Shown piece after piece: positions 25,028 through 34,377 of a stretch of 64,000 bases of DNA. The notes under the pieces are model-generated. The model made no database searches, was not told where the DNA came from, and worked only from the letters and a program-made list of their open reading frames with translations. Origin of the DNA: Clostridium sp. CAG:302 (GTDB lineage: Bacteria > Bacillota > Clostridia > Lachnospirales > Lachnospiraceae). The translations under genes and the position numbers were made by a program. The stretch covers positions 1,577 through 65,576 of the forward strand of contig CAVKMX010000001.1 of NCBI GenBank assembly GCA_963657295.1, read 5' to 3'. Numbering within the stretch: the stretch's first letter is position 1; every line of letters starts with the position of its first letter.

Positions 25028-26584
25028 TCATTCGCGCAGCAGATGATCTACCTGCTCCGTCACAATGGCTTCTCCTTTTTGCCCGCTGACTGCCACATCC
25101 TTCAGCACCAGGGTGTCAACGTTGTTGGCATAGATGCCGAGGCGGCAGTCCTCCCCCAGTCCGTCCATCATGGCGATCTGTCCCGGCTCTGCGTCCGCTG
25201 CATAGGTCACCTGCACGTGCTCCATCTCCACGCAGCCGATTTTCCGCTCCGGCAGCCCGTAGAAAAAGGCCGCCGCCAGATGGCAGTTCGACGCATTGAT
25301 GCGGCGGAAGACAAGGTGCCGGATCTCCGGCGTTCTCTCATCCACGGGAAGGCTCTCCCTCGTCTGCACATACTCCGTATGTCCGTCCGGATCACAGAAA
25401 TAAAAGCAATTCACCACAAAGGGCGTCTTCACCTGATCCATGCGGATGTTCTCGAACACGATTTCGTCCAGAACCGCGTCCTTTCCTCTTCCTCTTCGCG
25501 TCTTGATCCGCAGTCCGCGGTCCGTATGCAGGAAACAGCAGTCCCGCACCGTCATTCTCCGCACACCGCCGGCCATCTCACTTCCCACCGTGATGGAGCC
25601 GTGCCCGTCCCGCATGCAGCATTGACGGATCACCAGATCCTCACAGGCTCTTCTGTACCGGCGTCCCATATAAATCTTCCCGGACTTCACCGCAATGCAG
25701 TCGTCTCCGACGGAGATGCGGACTCCGACAATCTCCACATCATGGCAGGATTCCGGATCCAGACCGTCTGTGTTGGGCGAATTGGCCGGGCCGGTAATCT
25801 GCATATCCACGAACCGGAGGTGATCCGAGAAATACGGATGCACGTTCCAGCTGGGGCTGTTCTGTATATGGATGCCCTGTACGGTCACGTTTTCACAGCG
25901 GTTTAAGAATAGCATTCTCGGCCGGAATGCGATAACCCTTTTTTTGGGATCCTTCCACCAATCCTCAAAGGAGGCATTCCCGTCCACGGTTCCCTGTCCG
26001 TAGATCACCACGTTCTGCACCCCGATTCCGGTGATCAGCGACGCAAAGCAGTCCAGCGGATTTCCCTCCCAGGTTCCGAGGTTGTACTCCTCCGTCTCAT
26101 CATAGCTGTCAATGATCCCCTTCAGGACCGCGAATTTCCTTCGGTCGGTTTCTCCCCGGAGCACCGCTCCCTGCGCCAGCTCCAGACGGATATCGCTCTT
26201 GAGGAACAGACTGGTGATCCGATACGTCCCTTCCGGAATCAGCACGCGGCTGTCCTTCGGGCAGCTCATGATGGCTGCCTGAATGAAATGCGTGTCATTC
26301 TGCACTCCGTCTCCCCTTGCGCCGAAATCGCGGACATTCAGGGTCACGAATTCCCTTTCTGTCCGGAGCGTCAGCGTCTCCTCCTCCTCCTGCGCATCCT
26401 TTACACAGATTGTGTAATCGGTCTGCGGCTTCAGGTCATAAATGCTGACAATCGTGCGCCTGGTTGTCAGCTTCCGTTTCCCGTTGACATGGATGGACCG
26501 CTCCCGGTCCGACTCATAGATGCTCCCGTCCTCAATTTCCAGTGTGACACATCTGGCCGTCTGAAAAATAATTTTCACTTTCAT
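25028..26584 (-). CDS. GH28 polygalacturonase / exo-galacturonosidase with N-terminal FN3-like segment
   Basis: NTDG, GDD, GHG, RIKT catalytic motifs; no signal peptide. Confidence 0.92.
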   Translation of the reverse strand: MKVKIIFQTARCVTLEIEDGSIYESDRERSIHVNGKRKLTTRRTIVSIYDLKPQTDYTICVKDAQEEEETLTLRTEREFVTLNVRDFGARGDGVQNDTHFIQAAIMSCPKDSRVLIPEGTYRITSLFLKSDIRLELAQGAVLRGETDRRKFAVLKGIIDSYDETEEYNLGTWEGNPLDCFASLITGIGVQNVVIYGQGTVDGNASFEDWWKDPKKRVIAFRPRMLFLNRCENVTVQGIHIQNSPSWNVHPYFSDHLRFVDMQITGPANSPNTDGLDPESCHDVEIVGVRISVGDDCIAVKSGKIYMGRRYRRACEDLVIRQCCMRDGHGSITVGSEMAGGVRRMTVRDCCFLHTDRGLRIKTRRGRGKDAVLDEIVFENIRMDQVKTPFVVNCFYFCDPDGHTEYVQTRESLPVDERTPEIRHLVFRRINASNCHLAAAFFYGLPERKIGCVEMEHVQVTYAADAEPGQIAMMDGLGEDCRLGIYANNVDTLVLKDVAVSGQKGEAIVTEQVDHLLRE

Positions 26585-26618
26585 AGCTTTCCTCTGTATG
26601 CCGCAGTTTCCTGCCGAT

Positions 26619-26651
26619 GAAAAAAGGGAACCCTCATATTGAGGATTCCCC
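26619..26651 (-). terminator. Intrinsic terminator between ABC permease and GH28
   Basis: GGGAATCCTCA-ata-TGAGGGTTCCC followed by TTTTTT on the minus strand. Confidence 0.65.
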
Positions 26652-26671
26652 GAAGATTTCGAACGAAGCAA

Positions 26672-27523
26672 TTAACCCTTGACGCCGCCGGCTGAAATAC
26701 CGTCGATGAAGGAATCCTGTGCGCAGAAGAACACGATCAGGGACGGAATGATGGAGATCAGGGACATGGCAAGGATACGGTTCCACTGGAAGCCGACATC
26801 ACCGTCCATCGACATACGCAGGTAAATGGAGTTGGTGTACTTCTCCATATCGGAGATGTAGATCAACGGACCCATGAAGTCATTGGAGGTCCACATGAAC
26901 TGGAACAGTGCGCAGGACACCAGGGACGGCTTCAGCATGGGAACGATGACATGCCAGAGGGTCTGTACGCAGTTGCAGCCGTCAATCTTGGCAGCCTCCT
27001 CCAGCTCCTTCGGCACGCCGCGCAGGAACTGAATCAGCATGAAGACGAAATAGGTGTCGGTTGCGAACAGGGACGGAACGACCAGAGGCAGATAGGAATT
27101 GGTCCAGCCCCACTTGTTGAACATGATGTACTGCGGTGCATTCAGGACAACCTGCGGAAGGAAGAGCGTTGCCATCATCAGGGAGAACATCAGGCCCTTC
27201 CCCTTAAAGTTGAATCTGGCAAAGCCGTAGGCCGTCACCGTTGCGGATACCACCGTGAAGATCACCTTCGGAAGAACGATCTTATAGGTGTTCAGCATGG
27301 ACGTGATCAGATTGATCTTGCCGCCGTAGTTCTTGAAGGCCTCCTTGTAACCGTCGAACACCGGATTCTTGGGCCAGAACCAGGCACTGGTGAAGATCTC
27401 GGAATTCGTCTTGAACGTCGCACCCACCATCCAGATCAGCGGATACACCATGATAAAGCCGACTGCGATCAGGAGAATGTAGCGAATTACCGTACTGACT
27501 TTTCTCTTTTGTTCTCTTGTCAT
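26672..27523 (-). CDS. Carbohydrate ABC transporter permease
   Basis: Multiple TM helices, EAA loop ELEEAAKIDG. Confidence 0.93.
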   Translation of the reverse strand: MTREQKRKVSTVIRYILLIAVGFIMVYPLIWMVGATFKTNSEIFTSAWFWPKNPVFDGYKEAFKNYGGKINLITSMLNTYKIVLPKVIFTVVSATVTAYGFARFNFKGKGLMFSLMMATLFLPQVVLNAPQYIMFNKWGWTNSYLPLVVPSLFATDTYFVFMLIQFLRGVPKELEEAAKIDGCNCVQTLWHVIVPMLKPSLVSCALFQFMWTSNDFMGPLIYISDMEKYTNSIYLRMSMDGDVGFQWNRILAMSLISIIPSLIVFFCAQDSFIDGISAGGVKG

Positions 27524-27529
27524 GGAATT

Positions 27530-28432
27530 CTACCTCCCATCCTCGTCAGAGTAGTAAACCCACTTCTTCTGACTTGCAAAAGCAATTCCGGTCAATGCAC
27601 ATACGATGACGAACAGAACCCAGGCCTGGGCGCTGGCCATACCCATCTTATGCCGGAGGAATGCATTGTTGTAAATCAATACGGAGATCAGCGTGGTCGC
27701 ACCGTTGGGTCCGCCCTTTGTCACGAGGAACGGTCCGTTGAACTCCTGGAAGGCCTGACAGAGCTGTGTGATCAGGTTGTAGAAAATAACCGGTGTGATC
27801 ATCGGAACGGTAATCTTGAAGAACTGCGTCCACTTGCCGGCTCCGTCAATGGACGCCGCCTCATACAGATCCTGCGGCACGCCCTTCAGCGCTGCAAGGA
27901 AAATAACCATGGCCGAACCAAACTGCCACACGCGGAGCAGTACGATGACCGCCAGAGCACCGTTGTCGCTCGCCATCCAGTTGATCTTCGGCGCACCGAA
28001 GGCTGTGATGACCGTGTTGATCAGACCGTCTGTGTTGAAGACTGCTCTCCACAGAATGGCGATGGCAATGGAGCCTCCCAGAATGGAGGGAATGTAATAT
28101 GCCGTACGGAAGAAGTTCACGCCCTTGAGCTTGAAATTCAGGATGAATGCGATAAACAGCGCAAACGCCAGCTTCAGCGGCACATCGAAAATCGCATACT
28201 TAAAAGTCACCCTGAAGGCGCGGAGAATGTCCTCGTCCGTGAAAATCTTGGTGTAGTTCATCAGGCCATACTTACTGATCCCGCTGAACATGTCGTAGTC
28301 TGTAAAGCTGTAATACAGGGACGATGCGAACGGATACACCTTGAACAGGAGAAATCCGATCAGCCATGGTAGTACAAACAGAAAACCAATGTTCTCTGAC
28401 AGAAGCTTGCTGAAGCTCTTCTTCTGGTTCAT
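27530..28432 (-). CDS. Carbohydrate ABC transporter permease
   Basis: TM helices, EAA loop DLYEAASIDGA. Confidence 0.93.
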   Translation of the reverse strand: MNQKKSFSKLLSENIGFLFVLPWLIGFLLFKVYPFASSLYYSFTDYDMFSGISKYGLMNYTKIFTDEDILRAFRVTFKYAIFDVPLKLAFALFIAFILNFKLKGVNFFRTAYYIPSILGGSIAIAILWRAVFNTDGLINTVITAFGAPKINWMASDNGALAVIVLLRVWQFGSAMVIFLAALKGVPQDLYEAASIDGAGKWTQFFKITVPMITPVIFYNLITQLCQAFQEFNGPFLVTKGGPNGATTLISVLIYNNAFLRHKMGMASAQAWVLFVIVCALTGIAFASQKKWVYYSDEDGR

Positions 28433-28794
28433 ACATCTGCCTCCTCATTCGTGATAACTTTCTGCTGCAATTCCGGAAGGAAGTCCTCAAAATGCTCCGG
28501 ATTCAATGCTCCGGTTCTGCTCCCTCGAACAAGAACCTCAGCAAACGTCTGCCGGTCAGTCCCGGAAAGGAAGGAAAAGTCCCCCTCCCTTCTGCGTCTG
28601 TCGATCAATTCCCCGACGGACCTGCGCAGCAGCAGCTGCAGGGCGCGGTAATGCTCGAAAATCTCCTCGCTCATTGCCTCCAGGACCTGAACCATAAGGA
28701 GCATCCGATCCGGATCCGAAGCCTGTGTGTTCTCAAAATAACGGACAATCCCGGCATAATTGGCCTTGTCCTTCACTGCCTCTCTGACATCCAT
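28429..28794 (-). CDS. Hypothetical 121-aa protein, possibly a GH105-derived fragment
   Basis: RBS AAAGGA, ATGA overlap with downstream permease; MSEEIFEHYR motif. Confidence 0.7.
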   Translation of the reverse strand: MDVREAVKDKANYAGIVRYFENTQASDPDRMLLMVQVLEAMSEEIFEHYRALQLLLRRSVGELIDRRRREGDFSFLSGTDRQTFAEVLVRGSRTGALNPEHFEDFLPELQQKVITNEEADV

Positions 28795-28939
28795 CCCGCT
28801 GTTCCTTTCGGTCCTTTCCTTCGGTGTCCGCCCGCACTGCTGCGGCTCTTCCGCAGCAATGCACCGGAGAAGTCCCCCTCGGGTTCGCTCTCCGGTGCAG
28901 CCGCATGTCTGCCGCTCTGCCGCCGTAAGCCTTATGCCA

Positions 28940-30310
28940 TCAGTTGCCGAGTGTCTCGTTCACGCCGTCGAGCAGGGCCTGTGCCGCCTGTGCTGCGTCA
29001 TAATCGTGTGTGCTCAGCTTGCCGAAGACCTTGTAGTACACGCCGTCCGGGTTAGCCTTCAGATCGTTGTGCTCGAACTTGCTGTCCAGAGGGAACTTGC
29101 TGTAGGCCAGAACCTTGCTGTTCGCCTCCTTGACGATGTCATCGCCCAGTCCCTTCTCATCCAGCACGGCGAGGGCTGCTGCAGAGCAGGGAATGCCGCG
29201 CTCGGTGCCGCAGATCTCAACACCTTCCGGATCGTTGAGCAGGTAGTTGATCAGCATTGCTGCTTCCTTCGGATGCTCCGAGGTTGCCGATACGGCAAGA
29301 CCCATGGAGATCTTCGTGAAGCCTCCGTTGTAGTCGCCGAACTTGAGGAACTCACCGATGACGAACTCCTGTCCGGGCTTGTTGGTGCTCTCTGCAACCG
29401 CCTTCTGGAACTTGGATGCGGAGGAATCCCACTCATAGATGCCGGCGTATTTGCCGTCAATCCACTTTGCATTCTTATCCAGGGAATCCGCCATGTCGCC
29501 GTTGATGACAGCCAGGGTCGGGATCACGTGTCCATCCTCCAGCTTGTTGATGAACTCCATACCCTCTGCGATCTCATCGGCTGTGTACTGAACCTGGCCG
29601 TCCTCTACCCATGCCTTTCCGTAAACAGACTCAAGATAGTAGACCAGGAAGAGCATCCGGTCGTACTCGCCCAGAGCCAGCGGATAATAATCCTCGTCAT
29701 AGGCCTTGAAGGCCTCGCCGGCTGCGAACAGAGACTCTTCATCGGTAGGAATGTCCACGCCGACCTCATCGAAGGTCGTCTTGTTCCAGTAGAACAGACG
29801 TCCTGTCAGAGCTACCGGAACCGCCATCAGCTTGCCGTCTGCCTTGCACAGTTCCAGGGAATCCTCCGGGAACTGGGTGAGGTCCAGAACATCGGCGTAA
29901 TCCTCCAGGTTGGCGAAGTTCGTGCCGTTGCCGCTGTAGGATTCGATCCAGTTCCAGTTGATCTGCATGACATCCGCTGCGTTTCCGCCCATGATGTTGA
30001 GAGCCTGCTTCTCCTCCCAGCCGGACCATGCGCCGTACTCGGTGGTCACCGTGATGTACGGATACTTCTCCATGAATGCAGCGACCGCAGCCTCGGTTGC
30101 CTCGTGGCGGCTGTCTCCGCCCCACCAGGAGAACTTGATCTCAACCGGCTCCTGACTGTCTGACGACGATGCATCTGCCGATGCGGATGTGTCCTTGGAC
30201 GCTGCATCCGTGCTCTCCGTGCCGGAGGTGGAACCTCCGCAGGCTGCCACAGACAGAGCCATCATCGACGCAAGCGCCAAAGACATGACCTTCTTTACAT
30301 TCTTCTTCAT
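28940..30310 (-). CDS. Oligogalacturonide-type ABC substrate-binding lipoprotein (TogB-like)
   Basis: Lipobox VAACG, FSWWGGDSRHEAT, ADVMQINWNW; pectin gene context. Confidence 0.88.
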   Translation of the reverse strand: MKKNVKKVMSLALASMMALSVAACGGSTSGTESTDAASKDTSASADASSSDSQEPVEIKFSWWGGDSRHEATEAAVAAFMEKYPYITVTTEYGAWSGWEEKQALNIMGGNAADVMQINWNWIESYSGNGTNFANLEDYADVLDLTQFPEDSLELCKADGKLMAVPVALTGRLFYWNKTTFDEVGVDIPTDEESLFAAGEAFKAYDEDYYPLALGEYDRMLFLVYYLESVYGKAWVEDGQVQYTADEIAEGMEFINKLEDGHVIPTLAVINGDMADSLDKNAKWIDGKYAGIYEWDSSASKFQKAVAESTNKPGQEFVIGEFLKFGDYNGGFTKISMGLAVSATSEHPKEAAMLINYLLNDPEGVEICGTERGIPCSAAALAVLDEKGLGDDIVKEANSKVLAYSKFPLDSKFEHNDLKANPDGVYYKVFGKLSTHDYDAAQAAQALLDGVNETLGN

Positions 30311-30391
30311 AACAATCCCCTTTTACCTCTCTTGTGTGCTCCCTCGTTGTCGGTTTTCATCACGAAACCCATCAGCGTTGCCTCATTAATC

Positions 30392-30405
30392 TGCAAAGGT
30401 TTGCA
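30392..30405. promoter_or_regulatory. LacI-type operator candidate
   Basis: Near-palindrome TGCAAAGGTTTGCA downstream of the transporter promoter. Confidence 0.6.
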
Positions 30406-30495
30406 CACTTTTCGAAAAAATAATGCATCTTCCAACTCCGGTGAGGTCCTTTTCACCGTCCGCCGAAATCCATGCACATTTTCTGTTACAAGCCG

Positions 30496-30524
30496 ATTAT
30501 AGTATTGTCCATATTGCTTGTCAA
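30496..30524 (-). promoter_or_regulatory. Consensus sigma-A promoter for the ABC operon
   Basis: TTGACA-N17-TATAAT on the minus strand. Confidence 0.8.
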
Positions 30525-30608
30525 TCATGTGATTTTCACGTTTTTTATAGTGCTTTTGTCATTTTTTGCGGATTGGTTTTCCGGAACACATCTGGTAGAA
30601 TTACGAGG

Positions 30609-30622
30609 TGCAAACGTTTGAA
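30609..30622. promoter_or_regulatory. LacI-type operator candidate
   Basis: TGCAAACGTTTGAA just downstream of an extended -10 TGGTAGAAT for the GH105 gene. Confidence 0.62.
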
Positions 30623-30675
30623 TGGCATACCCACTGATCAAATTGTCGCAAAATAAGTATATGAGGATATGTATT

Positions 30676-31812
30676 ATGGATATTTTGGATCATTACATTG
30701 ACCAGCTGCTGGCAAAAAGCAGTCCGCAGGCACCGATCTGGAACATCGAGAAGCTCCGCAAGGGGGCAAAGCCTTCCTGGAATTACATCGACGGCTGTAT
30801 GATCAAGGCCATCCTTGAGCTCTACCAGCTCCGCGGGAATGAGCAATATCTGCAGTTTGCAGATGCCTTCATTGATTACTTCGTTCAGGAGGACGGCTCT
30901 ATCCTTTCCTATGATCCGAAGGAATACAATCTCGACAATGTCAATGCCGGCAAAACGCTCTTCGATCTGTACCGCATCACCGGCAAGGAAAAATACCGGA
31001 AAGCCATCGACACCGTGTACAGTCAGCTGGAGGGACAGCCCCGGACTCCGGAGGGTAGCTTCTGGCACAAGCTGATCTATCCGAACCAGATCTGGCTGGA
31101 CGGTCTGTACATGGCGCAGCCCTTCTATATGCAGTATGAGCTCACCTTCCATGACGGCCGGAACTGCGCCGACGTCATCCGGCAGTTTCTGACGGTATAT
31201 GAGAAGCTGCGCGATCTTCGGAACGGCCTGTATTACCATGCCTACGACGCCTCCCGGGAGAGCTTCTGGTGCGACAGGGTCACCGGCCTCTCCGACAGCT
31301 TCTGGCTCCGGGCCATCGGCTGGTACGCCATGGCTCTGGTGGATACCTGGGAGATTCTGCCTGCCTCCCGCTCTGAGGAAAAGGAAACGCTCGGCCGGAT
31401 CTACCGAGAGCTCATCGACGCAATGCTCCCCTATCAGGATGCTGAGACCGGCATGTGGTATCAGGTGGTCAACCGCGGCGGCATTGCACCGAACTACCTG
31501 GAGACCTCCGGCTCCGCCATCTTCGCCTATGCGATCCTGAAGAGTGTCCGCCTGGGACTTTTGGCGGATTCCTTCCGTGCTCACGGCCGCAGAGCCTTCG
31601 AGGGGATCTGCCGGAAATATCTGTCGGAGAAGGACGGCGAGCTCCAGCTGGGCGGCATCTGTCTCGTGGCGGGACTCGGCAACAAGCAGATGCGCGAGGG
31701 AACCTTTGATTATTATATGCGCGAGCCCATCGTGCAGAACGACGCGAAGGGCGTGGCGCCCCTGATCCTCGCCTACATTGAGATCCTGCAGGCCGGACAG
31801 TCAAACAGCTGA
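30676..31812 (+). CDS. Unsaturated rhamnogalacturonyl/galacturonyl hydrolase (GH105, YteR-like)
   Basis: WNYIDG, YNLDN, FWHK, WLDGLYMAQPF, FWLRAIGW, YLETSGSA. Confidence 0.92.
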   Translation: MDILDHYIDQLLAKSSPQAPIWNIEKLRKGAKPSWNYIDGCMIKAILELYQLRGNEQYLQFADAFIDYFVQEDGSILSYDPKEYNLDNVNAGKTLFDLYRITGKEKYRKAIDTVYSQLEGQPRTPEGSFWHKLIYPNQIWLDGLYMAQPFYMQYELTFHDGRNCADVIRQFLTVYEKLRDLRNGLYYHAYDASRESFWCDRVTGLSDSFWLRAIGWYAMALVDTWEILPASRSEEKETLGRIYRELIDAMLPYQDAETGMWYQVVNRGGIAPNYLETSGSAIFAYAILKSVRLGLLADSFRAHGRRAFEGICRKYLSEKDGELQLGGICLVAGLGNKQMREGTFDYYMREPIVQNDAKGVAPLILAYIEILQAGQSNS

Positions 31813-31842
31813 GGCTCAGCCAACAGCTGGGACAGAAACGAA

Positions 31843-31898
31843 AAAAGCCTTGTATTTTCAACGAATTCCGAGGAAACGTTGGAAATACAAGGCTTTAA
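31843..31898. terminator. Bidirectional terminator between GH105 and tRNA-Leu
   Basis: AAAAAGCCTTGTATTTTCAACG...CGTTGGAAATACAAGGCTTT inverted repeat. Confidence 0.75.
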
Positions 31899-31901
31899 AA
31901 A

Positions 31902-31985
31902 TGCCGCCAGCGGGAATCGAACCCGCACTTCGTCGCCGAAACGGGATTTTAAGTCCCGCGCGTCTACCAGTTCCGCCATGGCGGC
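31902..31985 (-). tRNA. tRNA-Leu (anticodon TAA), long variable arm, CCA not encoded
   Basis: GCCGCCA acceptor, GGAACTGGTAGAC D-arm, CGGGA-CTTAAAA-TCCCG, GGTTCGATTCC. Confidence 0.96.
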
Positions 31986-32088
31986 ACAGCACCTGTCTAT
32001 TATAGGCCATTCGCGTGGTTTTTCAAGAGGGCGGACCCTCCGGCGCTTTCTTCCGTCTGCAGCGGTTACTGTACAGACGCCCGCCGGT

Positions 32089-32126
32089 GACGGGTCCTGG
32101 CGGAGCTGTCCGTCCCGGGGACGTTC
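32089..32126. repeat. Dispersed 38-bp intergenic repeat, copy 2
   Basis: GACGGGTCCTGGCGGAGCTGTCCGTCCCGGGGACGTTC; matches 9448-9485. Confidence 0.8.
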
Positions 32127-32168
32127 TCAGAATCGCCGTGCCGGTCAGGGTGCCGTCATGGTACCGGT

Positions 32169-33962
32169 TCAGAAGCTCCACATGTGCTTCTTCACCATGC
32201 TGACAAACTCTCCGTTGCTCCTGGTTCTGGCAAAGAGATCCAGCACACTGTCGGTGGCCTCCTCGCCCCTGGAGCCGATGAAGGCCTTGCGGATGATGGC
32301 CACGCTCTCTCTTTCGTCCGGCGTAAGGAGCAGGTCGTCTCTTCTGGTTCCCGACTTTGCAAGATCCACAGCCGGGAAGATCCGTCTCTCCGAAAGCTTG
32401 CGGTTCAGGATCAGCTCCATGTTGCCGGTTCCCTTGAATTCCTCATATACCACGTCGTCCATCTTCGAGCCCGTCTCGATCAGCGCCGTGGCGAGGATGG
32501 TAAGCGATCCGCCCTCCCGCATGTTCCTTGCGGCACCGAAAAACCGCTTGGGCATATGCAGTGCAACGGGATCCAGGCCGCCGGAGAGCGTCCTCCCGCT
32601 CGAGGGCTCCGTCAGATTGTAGGCTCTCGTCAGTCTGGTGATGGAATCCAGGAGGATCATCACATCCTTCTTGCTCTCCACCAGGCGCTTGGCCCGCTCA
32701 ATGGTCATCTCCGCCACTCTCTTGTGATGATCCGGGAGCTCATCGAACGTGGAATAGATCACCTCAACATTCGGGCCCTCCAGAGCCTCGCGAATGTCCG
32801 TCACCTCTTCCGGGCGCTCGTCAATCAGCAGGATGATAAGATGGATGTCCGGGTTGTTGGACTTGACCGATTTCGCCACCTCCTTGAGCAGCGTTGTCTT
32901 GCCGGCCTTCGGCGGGGAAACAATCATGCCGCGCTGGCCCTTTCCGACAGGACACATCAGATCCATGACGCGCATGGCGACCGATGCGCCCGGCTTCTCC
33001 AGACGAATGCGGTCGTCCGGAAAAATCGGCGTCATGTCCTCGAAATTGTACCGTTTCTTGGATTCCTCCGGGCTGAGGCCGTTGATGGCCGTCACGTAAA
33101 GAAGAGCCGAGAATTTCTCGTTCTGATTGCGGACACGCAGGCCGCCCTCCACGATATCGCCGGTTTTCAGATTAAAGCGCCGGATCTGGCTGGGCGCAAC
33201 GTACACATCGTTGTCTCCCGGCATGTAATTGGCAGACCGGATAAAGCCGTATCCATCCTGCAGCACCTCCAGAATGCCCCTGGCCTTGTCCCCGCTGTCC
33301 AGATCCGGATTGATCTCATTTTTGTGGACAATCTGCTGGTCCGGACGGACCAGTCCGTGCCGCGCATAGCGCCCTGCGGTAGCTGCGGATACCGCGTCCT
33401 GCCGGGCAGGCCTTCCCTCGGCCCCCTTTTCTCCCGGAGCGGACGTCCCGCGCGCGGGCTGCTCGCGGACAGCAGCTTCCCTGGACTGCTCATGAACGGC
33501 GGATTCCCGGCCGGCGGTTTCCTGTGCAGCTCCTTCCCGAATCGGCTGCTCACGAACGGCGGATTCCCGGGGCTGCTGTGTCCCGTCCTGCTCCTCTGCC
33601 GAGCTCCTTCCGCTTCTCTCCGGCCCGTTTCCGCCGGCCTCGGCCTGGTCCCTCCGTTCTCTGCCCCTTCGGCTCTCTGCCGGGCCGCCGGGTCTCCCCG
33701 CTGTTTTCCTGCCATGGCGCCCATGAACCGGTCTGGACGAAGCTTCCGCCGGGCCGGAGCCCTCTGTCTGGCTCCTCTCCTCCTTCTCTCTGGCCGCCCG
33801 CTCCTGCAGCACCTTCTCATCCTCTGCCTGATCCAGCTGCAGCAGCATTTCCACGATCTGCTCTTTTCTGGTCCTTGCAGGGATCTTCATGTCTCTGCTG
33901 TCTGCAATCGCCTTCAGATCCTTGACCTGCAGAGACTCGTACATTTCCTTTGACATTCTCAT
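32169..33962 (-). CDS. rho: Transcription termination factor Rho with long N-terminal insertion
   Basis: GILEVLQDGYGFIR, GKGQRGMIVSPPKAGKT, LIDERPEEVTD, DSITRL, EEFKGTGNMEL. Confidence 0.96.
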   Translation of the reverse strand: MRMSKEMYESLQVKDLKAIADSRDMKIPARTRKEQIVEMLLQLDQAEDEKVLQERAAREKEERSQTEGSGPAEASSRPVHGRHGRKTAGRPGGPAESRRGRERRDQAEAGGNGPERSGRSSAEEQDGTQQPRESAVREQPIREGAAQETAGRESAVHEQSREAAVREQPARGTSAPGEKGAEGRPARQDAVSAATAGRYARHGLVRPDQQIVHKNEINPDLDSGDKARGILEVLQDGYGFIRSANYMPGDNDVYVAPSQIRRFNLKTGDIVEGGLRVRNQNEKFSALLYVTAINGLSPEESKKRYNFEDMTPIFPDDRIRLEKPGASVAMRVMDLMCPVGKGQRGMIVSPPKAGKTTLLKEVAKSVKSNNPDIHLIILLIDERPEEVTDIREALEGPNVEVIYSTFDELPDHHKRVAEMTIERAKRLVESKKDVMILLDSITRLTRAYNLTEPSSGRTLSGGLDPVALHMPKRFFGAARNMREGGSLTILATALIETGSKMDDVVYEEFKGTGNMELILNRKLSERRIFPAVDLAKSGTRRDDLLLTPDERESVAIIRKAFIGSRGEEATDSVLDLFARTRSNGEFVSMVKKHMWSF

Positions 33963-34347
33963 GAATCCACCCTTGTAACGATCGTCGCTCCACACTGCCT
34001 GCGCACTGCTCCTCTCCTGCCGTACAGCAGGAACGAACACCGGCTCCCCCTCCGGCAGCCGGCCCTTCGGCGCTCTCCCCGTTCTGAGGATTCCGCCCCC
34101 GGTGCGGCATTTGCAGCATACCGTACCGGAGCGTAGCCTGCCGCAGCAGGCTGCACCGGTGGAGGTTCTCACAATATTGCGGTGCCGCCCTTTGAAGCCG
34201 ACCGTATTTATCTTCTGATAGTGTGGGATCGAATCTATTGCCCGAACCTTCGGGCCTGATATGATGACTCGCCGGTGTCTGCGCTGTCCCGGTCTGTACG
34301 CTGCAGTGCCTGCATACATTCCGCGCAGGAAACATCCGGCCAAGCCG

Positions 34348-34377
34348 ATTATAGGACGCAGCCTGCGATGCTGTCAA
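34348..34377 (-). promoter_or_regulatory. Sigma-A promoter of rho, implying a ~380-nt leader
   Basis: TTGACA-N18-TATAAT overlapping the stop codon of the upstream gene. Confidence 0.7.

Noticed and set aside
31843..31985. tRNA-Leu as the attachment site of an integrated element
   Set aside because: No integrase and no duplicated tRNA 3' end seen in the window.
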